Shown here: positions 38,845 to 55,903 of the stretch, one piece after another | How the letters are laid out: every line of letters begins with the position of its first letter | Numbering within the stretch: position 1 is the stretch's first letter | Assembly: GCA_951406725.2 (NCBI GenBank) | Contig: OX597819.1 | Span: 44,702,001 to 44,766,000 of the forward strand | Length of the DNA: 64,000 nucleotides | Origin: Octopus vulgaris | Taxonomy: Eukaryota | Reading direction: 5' to 3' | The notes under the pieces: model-generated | What the model was told of the DNA's origin: nothing | What the model saw: the letters and a program-made list of their open reading frames with translations, nothing else | The model's database searches: none | Program-made: the position numbers and the translations under genes

Positions 38845-38892
38845 CATACATACACACACACACATGCACACACACACATATATGTACATAAC

Positions 38893-39283
38893 GCGACGAG
38901 CCGGCAGAAACGTTAGCACGCATGGCAAAATACTAGGCGGTATTTCGTCTGCCGCTACGTTCTGAGTTCAAATTCCGGCGAGGTCGTCCTTGCCTCTCAT
39001 CCTTTCTGGGTCGATAAAATAAGTACCAGTTACACACTGGGGTCGATATAATCAACTTCGCCGTTTTTCTGTCCATGTTTGTCCTTTCTGTGATTAAACC
39101 CTTGTGGGTAGTAAAGAAATAGGTATTTTGTAAGTCTTTACTTTCTGAGTTCAATTTCCGCGGAGGTCGACTTTGAATTTCATCCTTTCGGCGTCGATAA
39201 ATTAGGTACTAGTTGCGTAATTGGGGCTATGAAATCGACTGGCACCGCCTTCCTAAAAATTTCGGGCCATTTGTGTAGAGTAG
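38893..39283 (+). mobile_element. SINE B, full dimer-like copy
   Basis: Colinear with 2451-2850, including both internal units. Confidence 0.88.
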
Positions 39284-39304
39284 ACAAATATATATATATA
39301 TGTG

Positions 39305-39368
<64 letters not shown>

Positions 39369-39888
39369 TACTTACACACACTCACGCACGCATACACACA
39401 TATATATAGGTGTATGTGTATGTATATGTGTATAAGACTAATCTTAAAGATATATGAAATGTTGTTATTATTGAGTTAATTGTGAATTATAAACTAAATC
39501 ATTGTAATGCATTTATTACTGATAACATGCAGAACAATACAAAATCCTCATATTTTCCCTATGTAATCACAGAATATTTAGTTAAAGATGCAACACCTAC
39601 ACATTCCTGGATATATGCCAGCAGTAAAATTCAAAATATAATGATGTTAATTAGATAATTATTACGAGATGTATTTAATTATATACTAAATATTTATCGC
39701 CGTCTCTAGATAAGAGTTAACACATGAGCCTCTGTGAATTCAGACAAACACATACACAAATATATATATTTGTGCACACTCACGTGCGAAATCGCATATA
39801 GTAATATCAGTTTGTACATAAAAATAATTACATACACAATGGCAGAGACACACACAGACACATAAACACACACACACAAAAACACATG

Positions 39889-39930
<42 letters not shown>

Positions 39931-40312
39931 AATATAAAACAAAGTATGTACGTACATATAAGCATATGGAGTTGCAGATATATATATGCATATATATATT
40001 TCGTTTTTGCATATACATACTTATATATAAGATAATTGTATATATAAGCAACTATTTTGTGTATATATGTATTTATAGCAGTGGTATTATATCAAGCTAA
40101 TTAACAATATGTACACCTAAATTTTCCAGAGTGTAAAATATATCACTATATTCACCTACCTACCATAAAAACGATCTAGCTCAAATTATACGCAATTGTA
40201 TGTTTGTATACTAAATACCTAAGGATGATACATATATATATATATATACATATATCTATCTATCTCTCTCTCTATATATATTTATATATATATATTTATA
40301 TATATTTATATA

Positions 40313-40410
<98 letters not shown>

Positions 40411-40537
40411 GTATGTATTGAATATATATATATATATCGGAGCCAGCAAATATATCTATATCTATATATATAAATATATGTATGTATGAATGTATATATA
40501 TATTTATATACATATATATTTATATACATATAAATAT

Positions 40538-40604
<67 letters not shown>

Positions 40605-41162
40605 TATATATATATATATGTCTATATATGTCTTTGTGCATATAAATATGTATATATGTATAAATATGTATATATATATACATATATGTATATATATACA
40701 TCTTAATTTACAGATATATAATTTTTTTAATTATATATGCGTGCATATATACATATATAAATACATATATATATACACGTACATATATATATATGTGTGT
40801 GTATGCGTAATCATATACTTGCATATGCATGTATATATATGTACACATATGTGCACGTGTCAATATTTTTGTGCATATTTGCTTAGATACGCAACACGTA
40901 ATTTGTTGCTCTGTGTATATGCAAATGATATATACATATAGGTATATATACTTAGATATATTCACACGGACATACACATATATGTATATATACATATGTG
41001 TGTGTATATGTACATATATATATATATATAGCGATGTGTGCATATATATATATATATATAACTACGTACACAAGTGCAATTCTGTATGTGCACACAAACG
41101 CACACACTAAAATACATAAATGGCATTTAGACATCTATACAATCTATCTATCTATCTATCTA

Positions 41163-41201
<39 letters not shown>

Positions 41202-41303
41202 TTATCTATCTGTGTCTCTCTGTCTGTCTATCTTTCTATCTCTGGATCTGGTGTGTCTGCTTTACATACGATAAAGCAAGTACACAAATACCGACGTCTA
41301 TAA

Positions 41304-41345
<42 letters not shown>

Positions 41346-41707
41346 TATATATGTATTTATATATAGATATATGTGTGTATGATTTATGTATATGTATGCA
41401 TATATACACCTATATATATATATATATATATATATATTAACATGCATGAACTTATACATATATGTGTTTGTATATATATACATCTGTATATATATATATG
41501 TATATAGCCTTTCGGCTAATGTAATCGCAAAGTTAACTTATGAACAGAGTCCATTACTTGCGTTTTAAATATCACAATTTAATATAAAAAAATCCTATTT
41601 TGATATCGAATCATTTTCCGTCCCTTATCTTGATTAAAAAATAAATATATATAATTATATATACATATATATATACATACATGTATATACATATATATAT
41701 ATACATT

Positions 41708-41764
<57 letters not shown>

Positions 41765-41827
41765 ATACACACACATATATATATATGATTATAATACATA
41801 TATATATATATATATTATATATATCCT

Positions 41828-41896
<69 letters not shown>

Positions 41897-42339
41897 CCTT
41901 ATGTATTCAAATAGTGAAACATACGTGCATAGGAACATCTATGCCCACATGTCTTCATACATATATACATACATATATGCATACATACATACATGCATAC
42001 ATGCAGACGTTTAGGTGAAGCCAGAATATTTAGTACTGAGATCACTTCCTAACTTAGAAATCGAAGGAAAAGAGAATATTGGTAGAGCAACATAAAATAA
42101 TTTTACGAACATTTAATCGTTCTTATTTGGGATAACGATGTGAAATCTTATGATTCCGAAAGATTATCAGTCAGGAAATCTTGCACTAAAATTATGTCCG
42201 AGATATTTCAACGTTAATTATCGAAATATGCAATCATAATTTTATATATTTTCAAGTGTGGGATCATCATTATGTACATTTATATAAATAGTAGAACTAA
42301 AATGTTTATACATACACACAAACACACACACACACACAT

Positions 42340-42466
<127 letters not shown>

Positions 42467-42541
42467 AATATATACATATACATATATATAAATGTACATA
42501 TATGTATGTATGTATTTACAATTATATATATATGTAATTAC

Positions 42542-42577
<36 letters not shown>

Positions 42578-42984
42578 GTGTGTGTGTGTGTGCGTGTGTG
42601 TATGCCTGTATGCATGTGAATATATATACGTATATTTGTATACATATATATGTGTGTGTATATATAAATGTATATATCTGCGTGCAAATATACTTACATG
42701 CATACACATAGAAATATATGGAAGAAATGTATATAGCTTTATATGATGAAAGTGTGTAATACCAACTATGTATAAGTGAGTTAAAAATTAGGTGTCACAA
42801 ATACAGACATTCAAGGCGAGAATGCCTTTGTTTGTACGTCTCAAAGTCTCAAATGAAGTGCCAGTACTTAAGATATGATTAAGGAATTTGTCGAGTGTTA
42901 TTCAAACATGTATACATATAATTATATAAACGTATATATCTGTGTATCGTTATATATTCAACTATATGTACATGTCTTCTATGG

Positions 42985-43053
<69 letters not shown>

Positions 43054-43127
43054 TATATACATATATAGATACAGATATATATATATATATATTCAATATA
43101 TCTCTATATATACAATATATATATATG

Positions 43128-43161
<34 letters not shown>

Positions 43162-43869
43162 ATGAGGGAGTTAAATTGAATATTAATTTAATAAATATGA
43201 ATTTAAATCCAGTAGCCTATGTATATAAATAGCTAGTAATATATGCATGTATACGAAGTACATATGAACACATACACACCTCTCTCTTTCACTCTGTCAC
43301 AGAGATCACACAGTCCTACCATTCTTATATATATATATTTATATACATGTATATAAATATTTAAGTCTGTGTAGATATATATATACTTATAAAAATAATT
43401 AATTATATATATATACGTATATACGTCTATCTATTATATATAAATATATGTAGATATGTATATATACATATATATAGATATAAATATATACACATATTAT
43501 ATATATATATATATACATATATATATACATATATATATATACATATGTATATATGTATATATATATATGTATATATATATATGAGTTAACGTTACATTAT
43601 CCAGAGTTCGGTATGTCAAGATTCACATCAGGATATACATACAGTGTCTACATACGTAGGTATATAAGTAACTTTAACACGAAAGATAAAACTTTATCTC
43701 TCAAGTCCCTATTAATGAATACATGCATTAAAGTGTTATGCATGTATTGATGTATGCATGTCTGTAAATATGTAAATATAGCTATGAACGTATGTATAAT
43801 TTGTATGTTTCTACATAGCTTTCCATTCCTCTCCTCTACTCTCTCTCACCCTCTCCATATATTTATATA

Positions 43870-43941
<72 letters not shown>

Positions 43942-44262
43942 CATATATATTTCAATATATATATATATTTATATGTGTATGTATCTGTAAACTCCTATAT
44001 ACATATATCTATATGCATATATATTCATATATCTACATATATGTGTGTGTATACATATAGGCATACATAAAATATATGCAGATTTCAATACACACAGAAA
44101 GACACAAAACACACACATGCACACCCGCAAACATATGAATATGGACGCATATGTCCAGGAAGGAAAATGTGCTAGTATGTAAAGCTGCACATGTATGTGC
44201 GTATGAATATGGTTTTAATCAAAATTTTATCTAAACTGCATATATATATGTATATATATATA

Positions 44263-44374
<112 letters not shown>

Positions 44375-44778
44375 GTTTACCGTCAACATAAAATTATAAA
44401 ATGTATCTATACTTCGAATAGTTTTGAATCACTTAGACAGATGTTCCGTAGTGGTGCTTAAATAATTTTTAGATATATATTTACTCAAAACCGTACATGT
44501 TCATATATATATATACACATAAACGCATACAAGATCACAAACATGAGATTAACATAAACAACGGTGACTGTGACATATGATCATACAATCTGTAAATATG
44601 TATGTGTGTGTGTGTTCTTGTGTATACGTATTCATATATACGCATATATATATTGCAATATATACACATTTGTACATAAATGTATATATTTATACGCATG
44701 TATATATATATATAACATATATGAATATATATTTATATAAATATATTCATCTATATGTATTTATGTATATACACACAC

Positions 44779-44843
<65 letters not shown>

Positions 44844-44906
44844 TACAGATAGACCGATAGATTGATAGGTATTGATAAATAGATAGATAGACAGATAGAT
44901 AGATAA

Positions 44907-44955
<49 letters not shown>

Positions 44956-45670
44956 GAGATAGATAGATAGAGTGAGAGAGTGAGAGAGAGAGAGAGATTG
45001 ATTGATAGATAGAAAAGTAGAATTAACTTTAACAAAGAAGTTAGATAGAGAGCTATGATTTTATGCACGTATATATATATATGTATAGAAATGTATGAAG
45101 TTATATGTCTATATATGCATATTTACATCGACATATATATTTTTATATACATACCCACATAAACACATAGGGGCACTTAGGCGTTAATAAATCAAGTTTT
45201 TTGCACAAGTGTATATATTTTATATTTTATATATTTTCATATCAACCGTCATATATGGTTTCATATCCTGATGAATATATAAATGCATATATATATATAT
45301 ATATGAATATATAAATATATGAATATATAAATGCATATATATATACAGAGATAAACTTGATTATAGAATTATATTCATACTTACATGAGGGTAAAATACT
45401 GTCATTCATATTATAAATAATATGCGATTTTACTTTAGAAATACTATTTTCATATAACAACAAATATCTTTATTTCCTGGTATGGATTTTAAATCATTAT
45501 AAGTTACCTGAACTAAATATTCCTTAATAATAAAGATGCATGACATGGAGTTGAAAACAGCGAACGGTATATAGAAATATATACATATACCAATAAAATC
45601 TCTGTAAATACACACACACACACACAAACACACAAACACACACACACGCATGTATATGCATAAGCATATA

Positions 45671-45755
<85 letters not shown>

Positions 45756-45884
45756 GCATGTATACATGCGTGTGTGTGTGCTTGTATGCATACATAATAA
45801 TATATATGTGTATTTATATATACAAATATACATATGTATTTATATCTGTGTTTATATATAGATATATAAATGTATTTATGTGTG

Positions 45885-45942
<58 letters not shown>

Positions 45943-46186
45943 ATTTGTAATATACAGCAGTAACAATAGGTATATAATATCTATACGGTATTATAAATGA
46001 CGTCTATACAGATAAATATATATGTATGTATATATATACATATATCTATATACATATGTACATAAATATGAATATATATCGATATAAATAAATGAATATA
46101 TATGCAAAGACATACATATATATGTATATAACACTGTGTAGGTAAATTAGTGTAGTCATATGTATATATCTTAAGTTAAGAAATAT

Positions 46187-46254
<68 letters not shown>

Positions 46255-46347
46255 ATATATAGATTGAGCTGTATATCTATAAAAATATATTTAAGAGGAG
46301 GTAGAAAGCATTAATGTGTAGGTATATACATATATATATACACCTTC

Positions 46348-46484
46348 TTCTGAGTTCAATCCCAATGCTTGGCAACTTAGGCAATTGTCTTTTATTATAG
46401 AATCGTGTACACCAAAGTGGATTTGGTAGACGAAAACTGGAAGAATCTCGTCGTACAAATATATATATAGATATAGAGATCTGT

Positions 46485-46549
<65 letters not shown>

Positions 46550-46775
46550 TGTATATATATATATATACATGTTATATATTTGTGTGTCTGTGTTTCCAGC
46601 CCCAACGTCACTTCACAACCTATGTAGGTGTCGTTATATCCACGTAACTTAGCAGTTCGGCAGAAGGAAGTGATAGAATAAGTACTAGGCTTACAGAGAA
46701 TGAGGCCTCCATGTGTTCTACTAAAGGCGGTGCTACAGCATGTCCGCTGTGAAGTAACTGAAAAAGGAAACAAGA
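46348..46775 (+). mobile_element. Degenerate SINE A with expanded internal (TA)n
   Basis: GTGGATTTGGTAGACGAAAACTG...CGTAACTTAGCAGTTCGGCA...AAAGGCGGTGCTACAGCATG. Confidence 0.8.
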
Positions 46776-46825
46776 AAAAAAGAAGAATATGTATGTATAT
46801 ACATATGCACATACATAGATGTATG

Positions 46826-46874
<49 letters not shown>

Positions 46875-47267
46875 GTATATAATGTGAGAGTATGTATGTG
46901 TTTGTGTGTGTGCTTATAAATATTATGTACTGAATTCTAGAAATATATATATATATATATTTATTTACACATATATATAAGCATATGTATATATATATAT
47001 ATATATATAATGTCTAATGTTTATAGTCACCACACATAAACTAGTGCACACAAACACACGGTGATACATGTATATTGATAGACAGATAGGTAGATAGATA
47101 GATAGACAGATAGATACATACATACGTACAGACATAGAACATACATCCACACATACATAAATACATACATATAAATATATATATATACATATACATAAAT
47201 GTATACATATAAATGTATATATACATGTACACATATGTATATATATGTAAATACATATATACGTATG

Positions 47268-47299
<32 letters not shown>

Positions 47300-47311
47300 C
47301 ATATATCTATC

Positions 47312-47355
<44 letters not shown>

Positions 47356-47640
47356 ACATCGACGAATATACATACGTATATATATATAGATACGTGTATA
47401 TTGATAACCCAAAATAAATAATTACATAAATATATAGCTATAAATCAGGTCATCAGCTGATCGTGTGTGCTCAGCTGAGAAGGGGTCGAAAACCATTAGC
47501 ATCTTCCAACATATCCCAATGGAAAGTATGATACGGCATTGCAAATTATATCTATATATATATGTCCATATATATACACACACATGTGTGTGTATATGCT
47601 CAAATTTATACGCACACATGTATATATATATAAATAAATA

Positions 47641-47679
<39 letters not shown>

Positions 47680-47718
47680 ATATGTGTGTGTATATATGTA
47701 TTATATATATACATATAC

Positions 47719-47749
<31 letters not shown>

Positions 47750-47840
47750 TATATATATGTGTGTATATATATATATGCATATACATATACTATATACATA
47801 ATTATATATATATATACATGCATATAGTTACATATATATT

Positions 47841-47903
<63 letters not shown>

Positions 47904-48191
47904 ATGTGTATAAATATATAATTTTATACCCATAGGGATATTTGTTCATATATGAACTCGTATATGTATCTAATCATCTATGTAGTTATATGCATATACA
48001 TGCGTGAATATATTTGTATATGCGTATATATATATATATATATATATATATGATATATACACATACATATATCATATATATCATATATATAATATATGAT
48101 ATATAATATATAACATATTGTATATGATAAATAAATTTCATGTATAGATATTATATATCTCTATCTATATATCTATCTATCTATCTATCTA

Positions 48192-48242
<51 letters not shown>

Positions 48243-48576
48243 GTATTCATATATATATATGTATACATAGATCGACAGATGCATATTGATGTATACTCAT
48301 AGTGATATATTTCATTGGACAACTGTATCCACCATGTCATATGCAAATATTCGCGTTATATATATACATTTGAATGTATGTGTATAGAAATGCTTGTATG
48401 TGTATTTATATAAATATATATACCTGACTTTTATTCATATACATATATATAATATATATATAATAACAAAGATATCTTTGTGTGTGTTTTTATGTATTTA
48501 TGTGCATAGGACTGTATATATACATAATTATATATTCATGCTTGTATACTTGTATACATATATATATATACATATG

Positions 48577-48607
<31 letters not shown>

Positions 48608-49255
48608 GTATATATATATGTATGTATATAAGCATATATATATATTCCAAGAGAAAGAGATAGACGAAGAATGAAAAGAGAGAATGAGAGTGATAAATAG
48701 ATATATAATTTGATATTTAGATGGATGTATATACAGTTCTATACATAGAGAGATAGGTAAAGAAATAGGTAGATGCACAGAGAGGCAGACTGACAGACAG
48801 ACGGACAGACAGATAGATAGATATCAATGCATGCGTTTCAGGCTCCACAGTTTTGACTTTCTTGACATCAAGATATATTTCTTTAATTTATATGTACTTT
48901 TACTTTTAAACCTTTAAAAAAAAATGTTCAGTTAGTTAATATTAGTTCAGCATACAACTGTAGAAATTTTCTCATATTAGTTCTGGAATTTAGAGTCCTG
49001 TGAAATATATCAATCATGGAATTCATTGTCTTAAGTGTAGCTGTATTTCTATCTTTCTCATGCTCACGAAATTCTGTGTGTGGGTGTGTGTGTGTGCTTT
49101 CAATTAAACAGGATAGTATTTGATTCCATTTTCGACAGTGACGAATTGTTATTCCCAAATTTTACTCACAGAGAACCAGCTATCTGCCGTCGTAGTAGTT
49201 ACCAGTAGTACTTTCAGCCACTGTTTTCTGTCGTATATATATATACATGTATGTT

Positions 49256-49329
<74 letters not shown>

Positions 49330-49414
49330 TATATGTATGTTTGTATGTATATATATATGTTTGTATGTATATATATATATATATATGTATGTATATATAT
49401 ATACATGGTTATAT

Positions 49415-49446
<32 letters not shown>

Positions 49447-49869
49447 TTATATATATATATATATATGTGTGTATGTATCTATGTTTAATCTATATTGAAC
49501 CATATATGGTCACATATGAAAGCATTTTCTGAAGATTTCCAATTCTTTCTATGATATTTGTTCATCGAAGATTCATAAGTTACTACTAAGTATATTTAGA
49601 AGACAGTTGTACTTATTCTCTTTCCTTATGCAGAATGTCAAATCAAGTCATATCACTCCTCCACACACACACACACATTCTCTTTCTCCTACACACAGAC
49701 ACGTACAAATAGATATACAAATAGGTACATCCATTTAACTTATATATATACATATATATATATATATAAATGTGTGTGTGTGTATGTATATATATATGTA
49801 CATATCTATATATATATATCCATACATATAAGTATACGTATCCATATATATATATATACATATATATAT

Positions 49870-49922
<53 letters not shown>

Positions 49923-49975
49923 TATGTACATATATTTGAACGCATAAATATATGCACACATGTAGACATATATAT

Positions 49976-50008
<33 letters not shown>

Positions 50009-50166
50009 TTATATATATATTTATATTTTCTGATTATCATATATACCTACGTATATATATATATGTATTTATATACACAAGCATATCAATCTATCTATCT
50101 ATCTCTCTCCTATTTCATTATGCTCACTACTGTCTAATGATGCTGACTGGTGTACCAGGTTTTCGG

Positions 50167-50263
<97 letters not shown>

Positions 50264-50282
50264 CATATATATATATACATAC

Positions 50283-50440
50283 GTTTGTATAACTGGTGTT
50301 GGTTTGTTTACGTCACCGCCCTTCTGCGGTTTCGCAAGGAAGTAGCGAAACACATAAGAGATATCAGACATTGAAAATAAGCACTGGAATTAATTAGATC
50401 AGCTAATACGTTTCATGTAGGTGCCCCAGCATGGCCCCAA
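50283..50440 (+). mobile_element. Degenerate SINE A 3' half
   Basis: GGTGTTGGTTTGTTTACGTC...GGTGCCCCAGCATGGCC. Confidence 0.6.
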
Positions 50441-50883
50441 TGCGACTTATTAAAGAAAGTAAATAGATATGTTTATGCGTGTCTGCATTTTGTGTCTCCG
50501 CGGTTGTTCTTCACTACATGTGATTGCGAATCTATATATGCGTATAGCGAAGTACATTAAATAACAACTTTAAAAGTGGAGGTGTGCAAGTCGGCAGCAT
50601 CTTCTGTTTCCACGTAAACCATGCGTAATATTTCTTCATGACAAGTGCTTATATGTAAGCTGGAATTGCATTGGACAAAGAATTAATTAGAGACACGGGC
50701 TCCTCTTATATATTTATATGTAGCCTGTTGGTAGCTGCCTTCTTATTAAATGCATCCATGCCAATATGTATATGGGCGGTATTGTTTATGCATATATGTA
50801 TGTTTGTATGTATATATGTATATAGGTGAGTGTATACATATATATATATATAGAGAGAGAGAGAGATAGAGATAGATAGATAG

Positions 50884-50920
<37 letters not shown>

Positions 50921-50946
50921 AGAGAGAGAGAGAGAGAGAGATAGAT

Positions 50947-51023
<77 letters not shown>

Positions 51024-51512
51024 CATATATGCATACACACACATATATATGTTGCACATGTAAGCGTAGCAATATTTGTGTATGCGGTTCTCCGCAGACA
51101 CGGAAACGCCAGCGGATTCTTGGTGCTTGAATCCTGTGCTTGTTTCGGTTTGCTTAAAATTTTTTTTAACAGTCTGGATACCTGTGTCTGTCCTTGTGCA
51201 TTTATTAATGAGCCATGACATAGGGGATCGACAAGTAGAGGAAAATAAAAAAAAATTACTGGACTCTCATAGGTACAGGGTAGCATTTAGTTCTGCCTCA
51301 TGTCAGCTGGTCAATGAGAGTGAGCTCTTTATATATATTTATATATTTATATATAATGTTCGGTGTGTGGTAAAGTAAATTTTTTTTACTGAACCCTAAT
51401 TATATAACGTAATGCTTTAAATATACCGTAAATGGTATTTTTACATACTGAACACTACTTGGTAAAATTATTAATTAATAACTAATTAATTTTTCCCCTT
51501 ATTATTATTATT

Positions 51513-51613
<101 letters not shown>

Positions 51614-51715
51614 GAGAGAGAGAGAGAGAAAGAAAGAAAGAAGGGAAGTGAGATATACATATATATATACATAATGACAAAGAAACACACTCACACAGAA
51701 CACACACACGCACAC

Positions 51716-51769
<54 letters not shown>

Positions 51770-51859
51770 TTGGATACCTGAAATTAAGGTAAATAATTAG
51801 GAGCGATATATAAATAAAAAGGAAGATTTTAATCGTCATTAATTGCGACTGTGTGTTTA

Positions 51860-51973
51860 CGTTCGGAGTTCAAATTCCGCCGAGGTCGACTTTGGCGTTC
51901 ATTCTTTCGATGTGGATAAATTAAGTACCCCTCCTCCAAAATCTCGGTTCTTGTGCCTAGAGTAGAAAAGAAT
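51860..51973 (+). mobile_element. SINE B 3' fragment
   Basis: GAGTTCAAATTCCGCCGAGGTCGACTTTG...TTGTGCCTAGAGTAGAAA. Confidence 0.75.
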
Positions 51974-52264
51974 TGTGACAGAGGGTGCCGAATCACATAT
52001 CTTGCAAGAAATAATAGAGAAAGGCGCATGACTTTATATAACATATACAGAAGAAAAAGGCTAAGAGAGGCTTCAAAATTTGTTTCGGACTGTGGTCATT
52101 CACAGTCTGATGACGACGAGTAGGCTGTCACAATCTTTTTGCAAAAGCACAATGAATTGTAACACTAACATAAATGTTGAGTACTCCTCAATTTTTATTG
52201 GAAAACTGTTTTTATAACTTGATATAAAACGAAATATATATGTATATATATATATATACACGCT

Positions 52265-52305
<41 letters not shown>

Positions 52306-52414
52306 TTATATATAATATATAAATATATGATTTTTGATGACTGCGGGACAAAAGGTTGCTCAGTACCACACTATCGATGACTATTCTTTTCATTCACATG
52401 TATGTGAATCTAGA

Positions 52415-52449
<35 letters not shown>

Positions 52450-52509
52450 TCACAGATATTTAAGTACATGCACATATACATTATAGATATGTAAATATAT
52501 ATATATAGA

Positions 52510-52562
<53 letters not shown>

Positions 52563-52606
52563 ATGTATATATATATATGTATATGGCGGTGCCATATATA
52601 TATATA

Positions 52607-52653
52607 TTTCATTTGATCTAGTTCATGAGCTGTGGCCATGCTGGGGCACAGCC
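52607..52653 (-). mobile_element. Isolated CR1 LINE 3' tail in (TA)n
   Basis: TCATGAGCTGTGGCCATGCTGGGGCACAGCC is nearly identical to 36721-36751. Confidence 0.75.
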
Positions 52654-52675
52654 ACGTATACATATATATTTATAC

Positions 52676-52740
<65 letters not shown>

Positions 52741-53212
52741 TTCACATACCCGTACACACACATTCATACATAAATTCGTACATACATACATACAAACAAA
52801 CATACATGAAATTTTGAAAGTAAGCATTTATTTGAATAAGCTATCATTACATATTAGACTGTCACCAGCTGTCATACTTAATTCTCGTTGAACCGACCGT
52901 CCTCTCACATAGTAGTTCAGAATATTTTGTAGGCTGTCGACTATATTGTGTACAAAGCATAGAAATATACACAGATTTCTATGGACACACACACGCGCAC
53001 AGGAAGGTGAAACAGAAAAGCACGTACAGAGTTACGCATGGATACACACACACACTCACACACACACACACACACATACGCATACAAACACACACGCAAA
53101 CAAATACACACACACACGCTCATACATACACACAGAGACACATTTACACAGACGCATATAACTATGGCGTTTATTATGTAAATACGTGTCTGTGTGTGTG
53201 TGTACATTTTTA

Positions 53213-53258
<46 letters not shown>

Positions 53259-53437
53259 CACACGCATGAGTATATGTAGCTACTGGGATAGAAAGAGAAA
53301 TAGAAGCGGACCGTCATATATATATTTATGATATTCTATGTGTTTATGAGTCGTACTCCCATATATGTATATATTTATATATATATATTTACACGTAGCT
53401 TAAGATACGTGTCTGTATATTCATACATATGTGTACC

Positions 53438-53477
<40 letters not shown>

Positions 53478-53782
53478 TGAGATGCTATAATGAAACTGGG
53501 TCCTCTAAATCAATTATATTATGTCTTTTATACCTGACATTGTTCGTCTCCCTTTTTAATCTCTTGTGCGATTTCGCGTAAATTGAGCAACACTTTCAAG
53601 CCGGTAGCGGTGCATTCAGCGAAGTGACTATGTATATGCACATACGTAAATAGTTACATTCATACATGCATACATGCTTGTATGCATATAACTATGCATT
53701 AATACACACTTGTATACACACGTACATATATACATACATACACATATCCTCACGCACAGATATATATATATAGTTACGCATA

Positions 53783-53841
<59 letters not shown>

Positions 53842-54284
53842 ATATATATGTATATAAATGTATATATGTATATGTATATATATACACACACATGTATATA
53901 TATATATATATAGGATATAATATAATATATATATATATGTGTGTGTTTGTGTGTTCATATGCATGTATATATACACACACAGTTCTGTGCATGTTTTTGT
54001 TTATATATTTGTATATATTTCAAAATTAAATACATGTCTGTATTTAATATTTAATTGTATAGAAAATACTGAAGAATGTTGCCACAGACATATACAGGTG
54101 TAAATTAATACCTGTTCTAGTAGTTATTGCCGCATTCAAAGTTTGATAGTAGAAGTTTTTAACACATAGACATAAATAAGCACACAAACTGACACACACA
54201 CACACACATACATACACAAACACGTACATGTATATATTTATATACAGATTTATATATGTACATGTATATTCATATATCTTTATA

Positions 54285-54329
<45 letters not shown>

Positions 54330-54772
54330 TTACATTTATATATACACACATATACATATATACATACATAAATACATACATAAACATATACGCATATACA
54401 AACAAACATACACTTAAATGAATATAAAATGTAGAGAGAGAGAGTGTGTGTGCGTGTGTGAGAGAGAGACAGAGAGAACATTGCTTCATTTTCATTACAA
54501 TCTACAACGTTCTTCGACGAATTCCAGTCGTTCTTATATCGATAAAATATTTACCAATCAAGTACTAGTTTCGATATTATACGACATATCTTCTTTGCCT
54601 GAAATCAATAAAATGATAAAAGAATATAAGTTACAAATCTACAGCTACATGCAATGCCACACATCCCACACACTACAGTATGTACGCAATTAAATGCACA
54701 CACACAAACACAGACGCACATGTATCTATATATAGTCATATATGTATGTGGTTATGTGCATATATATGTATA

Positions 54773-54864
<92 letters not shown>

Positions 54865-54882
54865 TATCACCAAGTGTTCAGT

Positions 54883-54938
<56 letters not shown>

Positions 54939-55343
54939 TTATACGTAAATACATATATGTCTGTCTGTATGTCTTTCTGTTTGTCTGTATGTATGTTTGT
55001 ATGTATATATGTATACGGTGAAGGGTAAAAATGAGAGCAGCTATTCCGAATATATATATCTTTTTTAATCACCATACCTCTATACGGTCAAAAATATACT
55101 AAAGCAACATATTGGATTTTGTTTCTCGGCTGTAGATCTTTAGCCACGAAAGATTTGGAACTCTCTTAACACTAGAAACCACATAAATGCCGTCCGCGAT
55201 CTTATCAATGTATAGTCACACACAGACACACACAAATACACACACACACACTCTCTCACACGTACACATGCAGATAAATACACACAGACACTTGCAGAAA
55301 TACACGCCGCACACACATACATATATTCATAGTTACACAAACA

Positions 55344-55398
<55 letters not shown>

Positions 55399-55552
55399 GT
55401 ATGTATATATATATATATGTGCATGTGTATAGATATATATACATATATATGTACATTTTATATACATATGCGTATATACATTTTATATATACACACATTT
55501 ATTTATGCATGCATGTATATATATATATGTGTGTGTATATATAGTATGTATA

Positions 55553-55586
<34 letters not shown>

Positions 55587-55871
55587 ATTATATTTATTCA
55601 TGTTCATATACGTGCATTACATAATATATCGTGAATGGATGTAAATATGTGTGTGTTATATATGCTAGTGTATATATGTGTGCAGCAACGTCTGTCATAT
55701 CGCACATGAAACAGCGATGAAATAACAGAATATCCCATTAGAAATCAATACACTAAAAAATACACACACTCAAGTACCCCAAAATGATACATACCAACAC
55801 TCACGTACACACACATATAAATATACGTGTCCTTCTCTGACTCTCTCTTTCTCTCTTTATCTATCTATCTA

Positions 55872-55903
<32 letters not shown>

